Assembly (NCBI GenBank): GCA_963815115.1
Contig: CAWFFN010000007.1
Coordinates: 768,001 to 832,000 of the forward strand
Origin: an uncultured delta proteobacterium
GTDB lineage: Bacteria; Desulfobacterota; Binatia; DP-6
Direction of reading: 5' to 3'
DNA: 64,000 nt
The notes under the pieces: model-generated
Database searches by the model: none
What the model saw: the letters and a program-made list of their open reading frames with translations, nothing else
What the model was told of the DNA's origin: nothing
Shown here: piece by piece, positions 21,377 through 31,162 of the stretch
Layout: the number at the start of each line of letters is the position of its first letter
Numbering within the stretch: position 1 is the first letter of the stretch
Translations under genes and position numbers: made by a program

Positions 21377-22366
21377 CTACTCGCCCCGCACCGTGGCGGC
21401 CAGCTCGGCCGCGGTCACGGTGGCGGTACCCACCTTGGCGACCACCAGCCCGGCCGCGTGATTCGCCAGCACCGTCGCCTCCTCCAGGCTCGCGCCGGCG
21501 CCGAGGGCGAGCGCGCAGGTCGCCACCACGGTGTCGCCCGCACCGGTGACGTCGAAGATCTCGCGTGCCACGGTCGGGAAATGCCGCACCGGCCGGCCGC
21601 GCCGGAAGAGCGCCAGGCCGTCCTCGCCGCGCGAGATGAGCACCGCCTCCGCGTCCCAGCGCTCGAGCAGCCGGGTGCCCGCCGCCCGCAGCGAGTCGCG
21701 ATCGGTGATCGCGATTCCGGACGCCACCGCGGCCTCCTCGCGGTTCGGCTTGACCAGCGACACCCGACGATAGTGGGCGAAGTTGGCCGACTTCGGATCG
21801 ACCACCCACAGGAAGGATCGCCGCGCGTGGGCGTCGGCGAGTGCGTCGAGCAGCGCCGGCGTGACGGTGCCCTTGCCGTAGTCCGACACCACGACGACGT
21901 CGACCCGCCGCAGGTGCGCGAGCACCCAGTCGCGCAGGCGCTTCGCCGCCCGTCCGTCCGGCACCCGCGGGCCCTCGCGATCGAGGCGGACGACCTGCTG
22001 GTGGTGCGCGATGATGCGCGTCTTCTGCGTCGTGGCACCGTCGGAAACGCGGATGACGCCGTCGGTCGCCGCACCGAGGCCGGCCAGCGCGTCGAGCAGC
22101 CGGCCGCCCGCCCCGTCGCGTCCGACGATGCCGGCAACCAGCACACGTCCCCCGAGGGCGGCGACGTTGCTCACCACGTTGCCGGCGCCGCCCGGGCGCA
22201 GGTCCTCGTCGATCACGTGGACGACCGGCACCGGCGCCTCGGGCGAGATGCGCTCGACCCGGCCCCAGACGAACTGGTCGAGCATCAGATCCCCGACCAC
22301 CAGCACGCGCACGCCGCGCAACCGCCGGACCAGCGCCGCGAGTCGCCTGCCGGTCACGCCGCGCAT
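21377..22366 (-). CDS. rfaE1: heptose 7-phosphate kinase (HldE domain I, stand-alone)
   Basis: GDLMLDQF, RISPEAPVPV, SDYGKG, DVTGAGDT. Confidence 0.93.
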   Translation of the reverse strand: MRGVTGRRLAALVRRLRGVRVLVVGDLMLDQFVWGRVERISPEAPVPVVHVIDEDLRPGGAGNVVSNVAALGGRVLVAGIVGRDGAGGRLLDALAGLGAATDGVIRVSDGATTQKTRIIAHHQQVVRLDREGPRVPDGRAAKRLRDWVLAHLRRVDVVVVSDYGKGTVTPALLDALADAHARRSFLWVVDPKSANFAHYRRVSLVKPNREEAAVASGIAITDRDSLRAAGTRLLERWDAEAVLISRGEDGLALFRRGRPVRHFPTVAREIFDVTGAGDTVVATCALALGAGASLEEATVLANHAAGLVVAKVGTATVTAAELAATVRGE

Positions 22367-23433
22367 GGGGGCTCCCCGTAGCAGGCGAGCGTGCCCTCCG
22401 CCATACGCGCGGCGGTGTAGCGCGCCAGGACACGCTCCCGTCCCGCTTCGCCAAGGCGGCGGCGCAGCGCGGGATCGCCGGCGAGCCTTGCCAGCGCCGC
22501 CCCCAGGGGTAGCGGATCGCCGGGCGCCACCAGCAACCCGCTGTCCCCGTCGGCGACGGCTTCCGCGAGCCCGCCGACGCGGCTCGCCACCACCGGGCGC
22601 GCCGCCGCCATGGCCTCGAGCGCGGCGACCCCGAGCCCTTCCTTGAGGGAGGGCATGGCGACGATCTGGGCCGCTGCCAGGCAGCCCGGGACGTCGGTCT
22701 GCTGGCCCGCGAACACGACCGAGGCGCCGAGCGGGCCCGCGAGCCGACGCAGCGCCGCCTCCTCGCTGCCGCTGCCGCAGAACACGTAGCGCAGCCGCGG
22801 ATGGTCGCCGGCGAGCTGCCTGGCGGCCGTGAGGAGGACCGCGTGGCCCTTGCGGCGCTCGAGCGCACCCAGCGTCAGGACGAGGACGTCGTCCGCCGCG
22901 ATGCCCCACGTCCTCCGGTGCGCGTCACCGGCGGCGGGGCTCGCCTGCATCGCCGCCGCGTCGATGCCGCTCGGTACGACGCGGATGCGCTCGGCCCGGA
23001 CGCCGGCCCGGACGAGCGCCGCACGCACGCCCTCCGAGATGGCGATGACCACGTCGACCGCGCGGTTGTAGAGCCAGCGCGCGTACGGCCCGCCGCGCGG
23101 CAGGTAGTCCATCCGGCGCGTCACCACCAGGCGCGCCCCGAGGCCGCGGCAGAACGGAGCCAGGGCATGTGCCCGTGCGGTGTGGAAGTGCACCACGTCG
23201 TGGCCCGCGACCAGCCCACGGAGCCGGAGGCCCGCACGCGCGTCGAGATTGTTCGCGACCCGGAGCGGGAGGACCGGCACGCCGGCCGCGGTCGCCTCGC
23301 GAGCCAGCCGGCCGGCTGGATGCGCCGCCAGACGCGCGCGGTGGCCGCGTGCCGCCAGCTCGCGCAGCAGCGCGATCACCTGCACCTCCCCGCCGCCCCA
23401 GCCGGTCTCCGGGTCGACGTGCAGGACGTCCAT
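22354..23433 (-). CDS. glycosyltransferase family 4
   Basis: WGGGEVQ, RKGH, EGLGVAALEAMA. Confidence 0.9.
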   Translation of the reverse strand: MDVLHVDPETGWGGGEVQVIALLRELAARGHRARLAAHPAGRLAREATAAGVPVLPLRVANNLDARAGLRLRGLVAGHDVVHFHTARAHALAPFCRGLGARLVVTRRMDYLPRGGPYARWLYNRAVDVVIAISEGVRAALVRAGVRAERIRVVPSGIDAAAMQASPAAGDAHRRTWGIAADDVLVLTLGALERRKGHAVLLTAARQLAGDHPRLRYVFCGSGSEEAALRRLAGPLGASVVFAGQQTDVPGCLAAAQIVAMPSLKEGLGVAALEAMAAARPVVASRVGGLAEAVADGDSGLLVAPGDPLPLGAALARLAGDPALRRRLGEAGRERVLARYTAARMAEGTLACYGEPPCAA

Positions 23434-24638
23434 CACGCGGCTTCCGCGAAGCGCATCAGGACCGCCGTGGTGAGCCACATGCCGATTGCGACCTCGGCAT
23501 CGCCGAAGCTGTACTGGGTCAGCCCGGCGAGGAGGAAGGTGACGATGCCGGCGCAGGCACCGGCGGCGGTCGCCCACTCGGCCGGTGCGCGCGCCGTCCC
23601 GATCGCCGCGAAGCCTCGCCGCAGGATGACGGCGAAGACCAGGCAGAAGGCCGCGAGCCCGAGCAGCCCGGCTTCCGCGGCCACCTGGAGCACGTTGCTG
23701 TGGGCGTGGGAGCGGCGGTCGGCCTCGGGATGGCGGTCGTAGTATGGCATCGCCCGTCCGCGGTAGCGCCCGAAGCCCAGGCCGAGCAGCGGGTGATCGT
23801 GGATGATGTCGAGGTTGGCCCGCCAGATGGCGATGCGCGCGGTGTTCTCGCCGCTGGCCGTGAAGATCGGCGCCGCCTGCTCGCGCAACCCCGCGGACCA
23901 CCCCGCCGCGGCCACCGCGACGGCGGCCGCCGCACCCAGCAGCAGCACGCCGCGCCGTCCGCTCAGGCCGGCGAGCAGCACTCCCCCCGCCATGCCCGCG
24001 AGCCAGACGCCGCGCGCGGTCGAGAAGATCACCGCGAACGCGAGCAGGACGGCCGCCACCGCCGCCATGATCGAGCCCGTCACGGCGAATGCCCCCGCCC
24101 ACGCGAGCGGGAAGATCATCGCGTGCGCGTACGTCAGGTAGTTGCGGAAGAAGCCGACGACGGCGAACCCCTCCGCGCCGGCGATCCGCGGCCGAGCCCG
24201 GGTCGCCAGCCCGAGAAGCCCGCGGTACCAGTCGACGCCGGTGAAGTGCTGCAGGATGCCGTAGGCGCCGGCGACGCCGCCGGCCGCCACCACCCAGAGC
24301 GCCAGCCGCCGGGCGTGGTCACGATCGCGCAGCCACCAGAACACGACGAAGTAGGTGAGCACCACCCAGTAGCGTCCCCAGCCTTCCGCCTTCAGCACGT
24401 TCCCCTCGGCGAGGGTGCTGAGCACGAGGACGCCGACAAAGAGGCCGAGCACCCCGTCCAGCGGCGTGCGCCGGATGACGTTCCAGGAACGCCCGATCCC
24501 GCCGGCGGCGAGCACGGCGAGGGCGCCGACGCCGATCTCCATGCCGCTGATCGACAGCGGCACCGACGCGGCGGTGAAGGCCAGCAGGACGTCGGCGAGC
24601 CTCCGGATCGGCGGCGGCGGATCGCTCGGCGCCGGCAC
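23433..24638 (-). CDS. O-antigen ligase (WaaL/Wzy_C) family membrane protein
   Basis: Multiple TM segments, STARGVW, RIAIW, HPLLGLGFG, HAHSNVLQVAAEAG. Confidence 0.88.
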   Translation of the reverse strand: MPAPSDPPPPIRRLADVLLAFTAASVPLSISGMEIGVGALAVLAAGGIGRSWNVIRRTPLDGVLGLFVGVLVLSTLAEGNVLKAEGWGRYWVVLTYFVVFWWLRDRDHARRLALWVVAAGGVAGAYGILQHFTGVDWYRGLLGLATRARPRIAGAEGFAVVGFFRNYLTYAHAMIFPLAWAGAFAVTGSIMAAVAAVLLAFAVIFSTARGVWLAGMAGGVLLAGLSGRRGVLLLGAAAAVAVAAAGWSAGLREQAAPIFTASGENTARIAIWRANLDIIHDHPLLGLGFGRYRGRAMPYYDRHPEADRRSHAHSNVLQVAAEAGLLGLAAFCLVFAVILRRGFAAIGTARAPAEWATAAGACAGIVTFLLAGLTQYSFGDAEVAIGMWLTTAVLMRFAEAA

Positions 24639-24641
24639 CCG

Positions 24642-26039
24642 CTACACGCCCCGTCGCGTGAGCATGACCTTCATCGTCTCCGACAGGATGCGCAGGTCGA
24701 GCCACAGGGTGCGGTTGTGGATGTAGGCCAGGTCGTACTTGAGCTTGGTCGTCGCCGAGGTGTGGTACTCGCCGTTCACCTGCGCGTACCCGGTGAGCCC
24801 GGGCCGCACCTTGAGGCGCTCCGCATAGCCCTCGATGTCGAGCTGGTAGCTCTTCACGAACTCGGGCCGCTCCGGGCGCGGCCCGACGAAGCTCATGTCG
24901 CCTCGCAGCACGTTCAGGAGCTGCGGCAGCTCGTCGAGCCGCGTGCCGCGCAGCACCCGGCCGAGGAGCGTCACGCGCGGATCGTTCTCCGTCGCCATCA
25001 CCGGTCCCGTCCCGCGCTCCGCCTCGACGTGCATGGTGCGGAACTTGAAGATGGTGAATGGCTCGCCTCCGCGCCCGACCCGGGTCTGGCGGTAGATCAC
25101 GGGACCGCGCGACGTGACCCCGACCGCGAGCGCGACCAGCAGCATCACGGGGACGGCCGGCACGAGGAGGACCGCCGCCAGCACCGTGTCGAACAGCCGC
25201 TTGGTCACGCTGCCAGGCCCGCCCGGCACGTCGTCGAACACCTCGATCAGCGGGATGTCGTGCAGGCGCAGGGTCTCGCGGCGGCCGATCAGGATCTCGA
25301 ACGGCGACGGCACCACGGAGATGCGCGCGCGGACGCCGGGCCAGCGGCTGAAGGTGTCGAGCAGGTGATCCTGCCAGGACGGGTCGGAGGCGATGATCAC
25401 CTCGTCGATGGCGTGCTTCACGCACAGGGCCGGCAGGTCCTCGCGCGTCCCGAGCACCGGGACCGACTCGAGCGCGCGGGATCTGGTGCCGTTCGAGCTG
25501 CTGACGGCGACCCCGACGATGTCGAGTCCGAGCCACTGCTGCCCGCGCACGGTCGCGATCACCTCCGCGGCGGTGGCGTTGGTGCCGACCACCACCACGC
25601 GCCGGCGCGGGTACCCGCCGAGCAGCGCCGAGCAGCCGAGGCGCCAGACCATCAGGAGCACGGCGTTCAGCACGGCGAAGACGATGAAGATCGAGCGCGG
25701 GAAGACCAGGTCCTGACGGAAGAAGTAGACCGCGATCAGGAGCAGCGCCTGCAGGCCGGCAGCGGCGGCGACCGCGCCGAGGTGCGGTCGGGGGTTGAGC
25801 ACCGCGCGCGTCTCGTAGAGACCGAGGAAGTAGAGGGTGGCGAGCTGCGCCACCAACATCTCGGTCCAGTGGTGGTTCACCTCCGCGAAGCGCAGCGCCG
25901 GCAGGTAGCCCTGCGTGAGCGGGAAGGGCACGACGACGCGCAACGTGAAGGACAGGAGGTAGGCCAGGCAGGACGCCAGGAGGTCGCCCGCCGCCAACAC
26001 GGCCCACCGAACCCGCCACCCCCGATCGCGCCGGTGCAC
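24642..26039 (-). CDS. polyprenyl-phosphate glycosylphosphotransferase (initiating sugar transferase)
   Basis: N-terminal TMs; KRLFD, FKFRTM, RLDELPQL, VGPRPE, PGLTGYAQV. Confidence 0.93.
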   Translation of the reverse strand: MHRRDRGWRVRWAVLAAGDLLASCLAYLLSFTLRVVVPFPLTQGYLPALRFAEVNHHWTEMLVAQLATLYFLGLYETRAVLNPRPHLGAVAAAAGLQALLLIAVYFFRQDLVFPRSIFIVFAVLNAVLLMVWRLGCSALLGGYPRRRVVVVGTNATAAEVIATVRGQQWLGLDIVGVAVSSSNGTRSRALESVPVLGTREDLPALCVKHAIDEVIIASDPSWQDHLLDTFSRWPGVRARISVVPSPFEILIGRRETLRLHDIPLIEVFDDVPGGPGSVTKRLFDTVLAAVLLVPAVPVMLLVALAVGVTSRGPVIYRQTRVGRGGEPFTIFKFRTMHVEAERGTGPVMATENDPRVTLLGRVLRGTRLDELPQLLNVLRGDMSFVGPRPERPEFVKSYQLDIEGYAERLKVRPGLTGYAQVNGEYHTSATTKLKYDLAYIHNRTLWLDLRILSETMKVMLTRRGV

Positions 26040-26051
26040 GGGGGCGAGATA

Positions 26052-27263
26052 TCAAACGCTTCGACCCGCGCAAGGAGCGCGGGGCGCTGCTGCACGACTC
26101 GATTCCCAGGCCGCCTCCACACCCGCCGCGGATTCCTCCCAGCGGTAGCGCCGCTCCACCACGGCGCGCGCCGCAGCGGCCATGGCGCGGGCGCGGGCCG
26201 GATCGCGCAGCAGGGCCACCGTGGCGGCGGCCAGCGCCGCGGCATCGCCGGCCACCAGCAGGTGCGTGCCCGGTGTCACGTCCAGGGCGGCCGCCACGGT
26301 CGGCGTCGCCACCACCGGCGTCCCCACCGCCATCGCCTCCAGCACCTTGTTCTGCAGTCCGGTACCCGCGCGCATCGGCACCAGGGCGACCGTCGCGGCG
26401 GCCAGCTCCGGCGCCATGTCGGGGACCGCGGCGGCGAGCGACACGCCCGGCGTGCGGGTGAGCGCGCGCACCGCGCGCGCGGGTCGCGCGCCGACCAGGT
26501 GCAGCTCCGCGGCCGGCAGCGCGGCACGGATGCGCGGCAGGATGTCGGCGACGAGCCAGCGCGCCGCATCCACGTTCGGGAAGTAGCCGAGGTTGCCCGC
26601 GAAGACGACGCGAGCCGCGGGTCGCGGCCCGTCGCGGTAGGCGAACGCCTCGGCGTCGACGCCGTTCGCGACCACCGCGATGCGATCGCCGCCACCGAGC
26701 GCGTCGCGCTCGCGCGCCGACACGACCAGGGAACGCGACGCCCGCGCGATGAGCGCGCGCTCGAAGCGCGCCAGCCGCGTCGCCTCCCACGCCGCCACCG
26801 GCGCGAGCGGGCCGCGCTCCCGTCGCGCGCGTCCGGCGAGGTTGGCCGACAGGGCGTCGATCAGGTCGAGTACCACCGGCACCTCGTCGGCCTCGGGCAG
26901 ATAGGGTGCCGTGCGCACCAGCTGGGCATGCACCAGATCGAAGCGTCCGGCACGCAGCAGCTCTTCGACGCGACGGCGCGCAGCCGCGCGCAGGTAGAGC
27001 AGCACCTGGAGCGGACGCGGGTCGCCGAGGAGCGCGCGGGCCAGCGCCGGCGCCGCTCCGGCGGTGCCGAGCGCGACGACCTCGAGCCGCACGCCGAGCG
27101 TCTCGACGGCAGCACGCAGCTCGGCCGGCGGCCGGCGGCTGACGAGCGCGCAGCACGTGATGTCGTGCCGCCCGGCCAGCACGCGGAGATGGTGGTAGGC
27201 GCGGACCTGGTCCCCCCGCCAGGGAGGCACCGGCAGCCGCGTCACCAGGAACAGGACCTTCAC
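26052..27263 (-). CDS. glycosyltransferase family 4
   Basis: VKVLFLVTRLPVPPWRGDQVR, GNLGYFPNVDA, GLQNKVLEAMA. Confidence 0.88.
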   Translation of the reverse strand: MKVLFLVTRLPVPPWRGDQVRAYHHLRVLAGRHDITCCALVSRRPPAELRAAVETLGVRLEVVALGTAGAAPALARALLGDPRPLQVLLYLRAAARRRVEELLRAGRFDLVHAQLVRTAPYLPEADEVPVVLDLIDALSANLAGRARRERGPLAPVAAWEATRLARFERALIARASRSLVVSARERDALGGGDRIAVVANGVDAEAFAYRDGPRPAARVVFAGNLGYFPNVDAARWLVADILPRIRAALPAAELHLVGARPARAVRALTRTPGVSLAAAVPDMAPELAAATVALVPMRAGTGLQNKVLEAMAVGTPVVATPTVAAALDVTPGTHLLVAGDAAALAAATVALLRDPARARAMAAAARAVVERRYRWEESAAGVEAAWESSRAAAPRAPCAGRSV

Positions 27264-28201
27264 ACGGCGTCCCAGCGCTTGGTGGTGCCGGCCTGCCGCC
27301 AGACGTCCGCGGTACGTCCCCGGCGATAGCGCCGCCAGGCGACGAAGTGCGCCGTCTCGCGCAGCGCCAGATAGACCCCGAGGCGTACGACGTCGGCGGG
27401 TCCGAGGGCCGCCAGCGCCGCCCGCAGCCCGGGCTGCCGCGCCGCCCGGCGGGCGAGCCCCGGGTACTCGGCCGCGCACTGCACCTTGCCCATCTCGATG
27501 CGAACGCGCTGGCGGAAGAAGTCCCCCGGCGTGGCCGGGAGCCGGACGACGACGCGCGCGCCCCGTGCCCGCGCCATGCGGTCGGGACCCACCGTGAGCT
27601 CGAGCCAGTGCTCCGGATCGAAGAGGTCCTCCGGCATCGACGCCGGCAATCCCTCCGGTCGCGCCGCGTAGAGCTGCGGCGACAGGTTGGGGAAGTCCAC
27701 CCGGTAGGGAATCGCCATCACCCGCTCGAACGCGGTCGGGCGCGCCTCGCACGCCGTCCTCGCGGACGCCAGGATCGCGTCGGGATGCGCTGCGAGCGCG
27801 TCGAGCAGGAGGCCGAACGTGTCGTCGGAGAACGACACGTCGGCATCGAGGAACAGGATCGCCGCACCGTGCGCGCGCCGCCGCAACAGCTCCCACGCGA
27901 TCGCCTTGCCGACGCGACGGGTACACAGCGCCGTCACCGCGGGCGGCGTGACGGGCGGATCCGGAGCGGCGTCGGCATCGACCTCCGCCAGCGGCGCGCC
28001 GTGCGCCGCCGCGAAGGCGCGCAGGTCGCGCAGCGCCCCGCAATCGGCGAACGCTCCGTTCAGGCAGACGATGACCTCGAGGACGTGGGTCTCCGCCTGC
28101 GCAGCGGTCTGCCAGCTCGCCCAGGCCGCGTCGAGCGTGCGCCCGAGCGCGGGTTCGTCGGTGCGGCAGGGGACGGCGAGCGTGACGAACGGAACGCTCA
28201 T
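27260..28201 (-). CDS. glycosyltransferase family 2-like
   Basis: GKAIAW, LFLDADV (DxD), FFRQRVR. Confidence 0.75.
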   Translation of the reverse strand: MSVPFVTLAVPCRTDEPALGRTLDAAWASWQTAAQAETHVLEVIVCLNGAFADCGALRDLRAFAAAHGAPLAEVDADAAPDPPVTPPAVTALCTRRVGKAIAWELLRRRAHGAAILFLDADVSFSDDTFGLLLDALAAHPDAILASARTACEARPTAFERVMAIPYRVDFPNLSPQLYAARPEGLPASMPEDLFDPEHWLELTVGPDRMARARGARVVVRLPATPGDFFRQRVRIEMGKVQCAAEYPGLARRAARQPGLRAALAALGPADVVRLGVYLALRETAHFVAWRRYRRGRTADVWRQAGTTKRWDAV

Positions 28202-29064
28202 GCGGGAGCACTCAGACAGGCGCGCGCGACGCGACCGTAGGTTGCGGCCGTCGCCGGCCGGCCGACGATCGCGGCCAGCGCTGCCTTCAACCCGAACTTG
28301 CACGCGGCGAGCGCGCGGAACGTCCACAGCTGCGAGGGCCGCCCGCGGCGCGCGTAGAAGCGCAGCTCGCCCTTCACGACCTCGGCCTCGCGGCCGTTCC
28401 CGAAGCGCTGCCGCGCGCTCACGTTGGCGCCGTGCACGGCCTGCGCGGCGGGCACCAGGATGGTGCGGGCGCCGAGCCGCGCCGCGCGATGGCAGAGGTC
28501 CATGTCCTCGCCGTAGAGAAAGTAGGCCGGATCGAAGCCGCCGAGCTGGCGGAACAGGTCGCGGCGGATGGCGACGAAGGTGCCGTACACCCACTCGACC
28601 CGATGCGGGAGACGGCGGGCCCGCGCGGCGAGGCGCCCGAGCGTGGTGTCGAGGACGAGGTGCCGTACCGGCCCGAAGCGCGCCGCCGCGGGCTGCCAGC
28701 GCCCAGCCCCGTCGACCAGCCCGCCACCGGCGATCCCCGCCGCGGGCACGAGGCGCAGCGTGTCGGCCAGCGTCCGGACGGCGCCCGGCAGCACGCGCGC
28801 ATCGGGATTCAAGAACACCAGCACGTCGCCCTGGGCGTGTGCCGCCCCGTGATTCGCTCCCGCGGCGAAGCCGCGGTTGGCGCCGGTCTCGAGCACGGTG
28901 AGCCACGGGAAGGCGGTGCGCACCAGCGCCGCGCTCCCGTCGCTCGAGGCGTTGTCGACGACGATCACCTCGCAGCCCCTCCGGGCGTCGTCGGCGAGGC
29001 TCGCCACGCACGTCGCGAGGGCCTCGCCGGCGTTCCAGTTGACGATGACGACCGACTCGCCCAC
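28198..29064 (-). CDS. glycosyltransferase family 2 (WbbL/rhamnosyltransferase-like)
   Basis: VVIVNWN, VVDNASSDGS, NRGFAAG, FLNPD, YFLYGEDMD. Confidence 0.9.
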   Translation of the reverse strand: MGESVVIVNWNAGEALATCVASLADDARRGCEVIVVDNASSDGSAALVRTAFPWLTVLETGANRGFAAGANHGAAHAQGDVLVFLNPDARVLPGAVRTLADTLRLVPAAGIAGGGLVDGAGRWQPAAARFGPVRHLVLDTTLGRLAARARRLPHRVEWVYGTFVAIRRDLFRQLGGFDPAYFLYGEDMDLCHRAARLGARTILVPAAQAVHGANVSARQRFGNGREAEVVKGELRFYARRGRPSQLWTFRALAACKFGLKAALAAIVGRPATAATYGRVARACLSAPA

Positions 29065-29163
29065 GCACTCGCGTTCTAGCCTCCGGCGGGCGGAAAATCG
29101 AGGTACGGCGCCCCACGCTCGAACGGGGGTTGAGCGGTCGGCCCGGAGACGATACCTGGGCGC

Positions 29164-29523
29164 GTGCGCGGCTCCCGGCACTGGTCCAGGTCGTGGCTCC
29201 TGGGCGCGTTCTTCCTGGGCGCCTGCACCGGCACCAGCCACGTGCCGCTCCCCACGTTTCCGCAGCTCCAGGCAGTCGGTGAGATGAGCGAGTACGGCAC
29301 CGACCGGCTGCGAGCGGGTGAACAGTGCCGCACGGCGAGCGCCACCGTCGACGCCTACGTGCAGTGCATGAAGGGGAAGGGCTGGGAATTCGTCGACCGA
29401 GGAAGCGTCTACCCGGCACCGGAGTGCTGGAGCATTCGTACCACCGGCGACCCCCGGCAGATGCCGACCGCGCAGTGCTTCCGCCCGGCGTCCGCGTCGA
29501 ACGCGCCGGCCCGCACGCCGTAG
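29164..29523 (+). CDS. putative lipoprotein of unknown function
   Basis: Lipobox FLGA-C, four further Cys, QCMKGKGW motif; preceded by TTGAGC-N17-TACCTG. Confidence 0.7.
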   Translation: MRGSRHWSRSWLLGAFFLGACTGTSHVPLPTFPQLQAVGEMSEYGTDRLRAGEQCRTASATVDAYVQCMKGKGWEFVDRGSVYPAPECWSIRTTGDPRQMPTAQCFRPASASNAPARTP

Positions 29524-29557
29524 GACGTCCGCGCACGGTCCCCCGAGCTGCTGGCGC

Positions 29558-31162
29558 TCATGGCGGGCTCGTGCCGCGTGACCGCCGGGACTCCCCCTCC
29601 CACACGCGTGCCCAGCGCAGGAACACGTAGAAGGCGTCGGTGGCCGCCACGAAGAGTCCCGGCACGCCCTCGAGGATGCCCCTTCTCAGGAACGCGGAGC
29701 GGACGAAGCGCCACGCCGGCTCGCCCACCAGCCGGCCGAGGCCGACCCGCCGCCCCGCCGGCACCTGGGCCGCCGCCACCGCGGTCAGGCGCGCGACGCT
29801 GCGCAGGTGGCCGGCGGCGTCGGGGTAGGTGTAGTGCAGGAGGGGTGCGTGCAGCCGGACCACGCGGCCGCGCACCTCCAGGCGGTCGTGCGGGTCGACG
29901 CCGCCCCACGCCGCGTGTGTCCGGCGCACGAGCCGGATCCTCGGGCGCGGGTACCAGCCGCCGCGGTACCACCAGCGTCCGAGATAGGGCACCAGGCGCG
30001 GCACGGCGAAGCCGTCGACGCCGGCGCCGACGGCCGCGAGCGCGCCGCGGATCTCCGTCGCCAGCTCGGGCGTCACGCGCTCGTCCGCGTCGAGGCTGAG
30101 CACCCAGGGCGCCTGCGCCGCCTCGAGCGCGAACTGCTTCTGGGCCCGGTAGCCGGGCCAGGGATGCTCGATCACGCTGGGCGTGAAGCGGCGCGCGATG
30201 GCGACGGTCGCGTCCCGCGACCCGCCGTCGACCACGACCAGCTCGTCGCACCACGCCGCGCTCTCCAGGCACGCCGCGATGTGCGCCGCCTCGTCCTGGC
30301 ACACGACGGCGCAGGCGACGGGCTCGCGGGCGATCGCCTGCGGCGTCTGTCCGGCGCCGCGCTCCTTGCGGGCCGCCGCCGCCACGACCGCGGCGGCCCA
30401 GGTCCGGCGCTCCGCGCGGGTCGCACCCGGACCGAGGTAGGCGCGCAGGACGCGCAGCCGCATGGTCGCGCTCGCCTCGCGCCCGAGGGTGCGCTCGAGC
30501 TGGACGAGGTTCTTGATGCGCCGGCGCCGGCCCGCGCCGCGCCGACGCGCACGCGCTCGAGGTCGAGCAGCACGAAGTCGGGGGCATCGGCGGCGCCGCG
30601 CACGAGCACGTTCACGTCCTTCAGGTCGTTGTGGTAGACGCCGGCCGCGTGCAGGCGGCGGAAGAGATCGCCGAGGCGGACCGCGAAGCGGCGCCGCCCG
30701 GCCGCCGGCGCCCCGCCGAGTGCGGCCCAGTAGCGGTCGGCCGTCAGCGCGCCCGTCACCTCGCGGGTGACGAAGAAGCTCCGGCGCAGCATGCCGAGCC
30801 GCCGCTCCTCCACGGCCGCCACCACCTCGGGCACGCCGAAGCCCAGCGCCGCGAGCGTGCCGCGCGGCGACGAACGCCCGGCGCGCCGGCGACGCGCGGC
30901 CGATGCTGCCGAGCGCGATGCGCCAGGCGTGCACGTTGTAGCGCTTCACGTAGAGCGAGCCGGCGGCCGTCGCGACCCGGCCGACCATGACCTTGCGCTG
31001 CAGCTTCACCACGCGGCAGTCCGGCCCGGTGAGCAGGCGGTCGGGATCCACGTCGGGACCGATCGCGACGTGCGGATCGACGCCCGGCGCCAGCCAGGCT
31101 CGCAGCGCGCCGGCCCGCACCTGTCGGGCCTCCTCCTGGCCGGCCCGCACCTCAGCGCCCAT
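29558..31162 (-). CDS. LPS kinase (Kdo/WaaP/InaA family) fused to a WaaE-like GT2; two compensating frameshifts (~30860, ~30540)
   Basis: LYVKRY, HNDLKDVN, LLDLE kinase motifs lead into VVDGGSRD, SLDADERV, LLHYTY GT2 motifs with no stop between the domains. Confidence 0.75.
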   Translation of the reverse strand: MGAEVRAGQEEARQVRAGALRAWLAPGVDPHVAIGPDVDPDRLLTGPDCRVVKLQRKVMVGRVATAAGSLYVKRYNVHAWRIALGSIGRASPARRAFVAARHARGAGLRRARGGGGRGGAAARHAAPELLRHPRGDGRADGRPLLGRTRRGAGGRAAPLRGPPRRSLPPPARGRRLPQRPEGRERARARRRRCPRLRAARPRARARRRGAGRRRRIKNLVQLERTLGREASATMRLRVLRAYLGPGATRAERRTWAAAVVAAAARKERGAGQTPQAIAREPVACAVVCQDEAAHIAACLESAAWCDELVVVDGGSRDATVAIARRFTPSVIEHPWPGYRAQKQFALEAAQAPWVLSLDADERVTPELATEIRGALAAVGAGVDGFAVPRLVPYLGRWWYRGGWYPRPRIRLVRRTHAAWGGVDPHDRLEVRGRVVRLHAPLLHYTYPDAAGHLRSVARLTAVAAAQVPAGRRVGLGRLVGEPAWRFVRSAFLRRGILEGVPGLFVAATDAFYVFLRWARVWEGESRRSRGTSPP

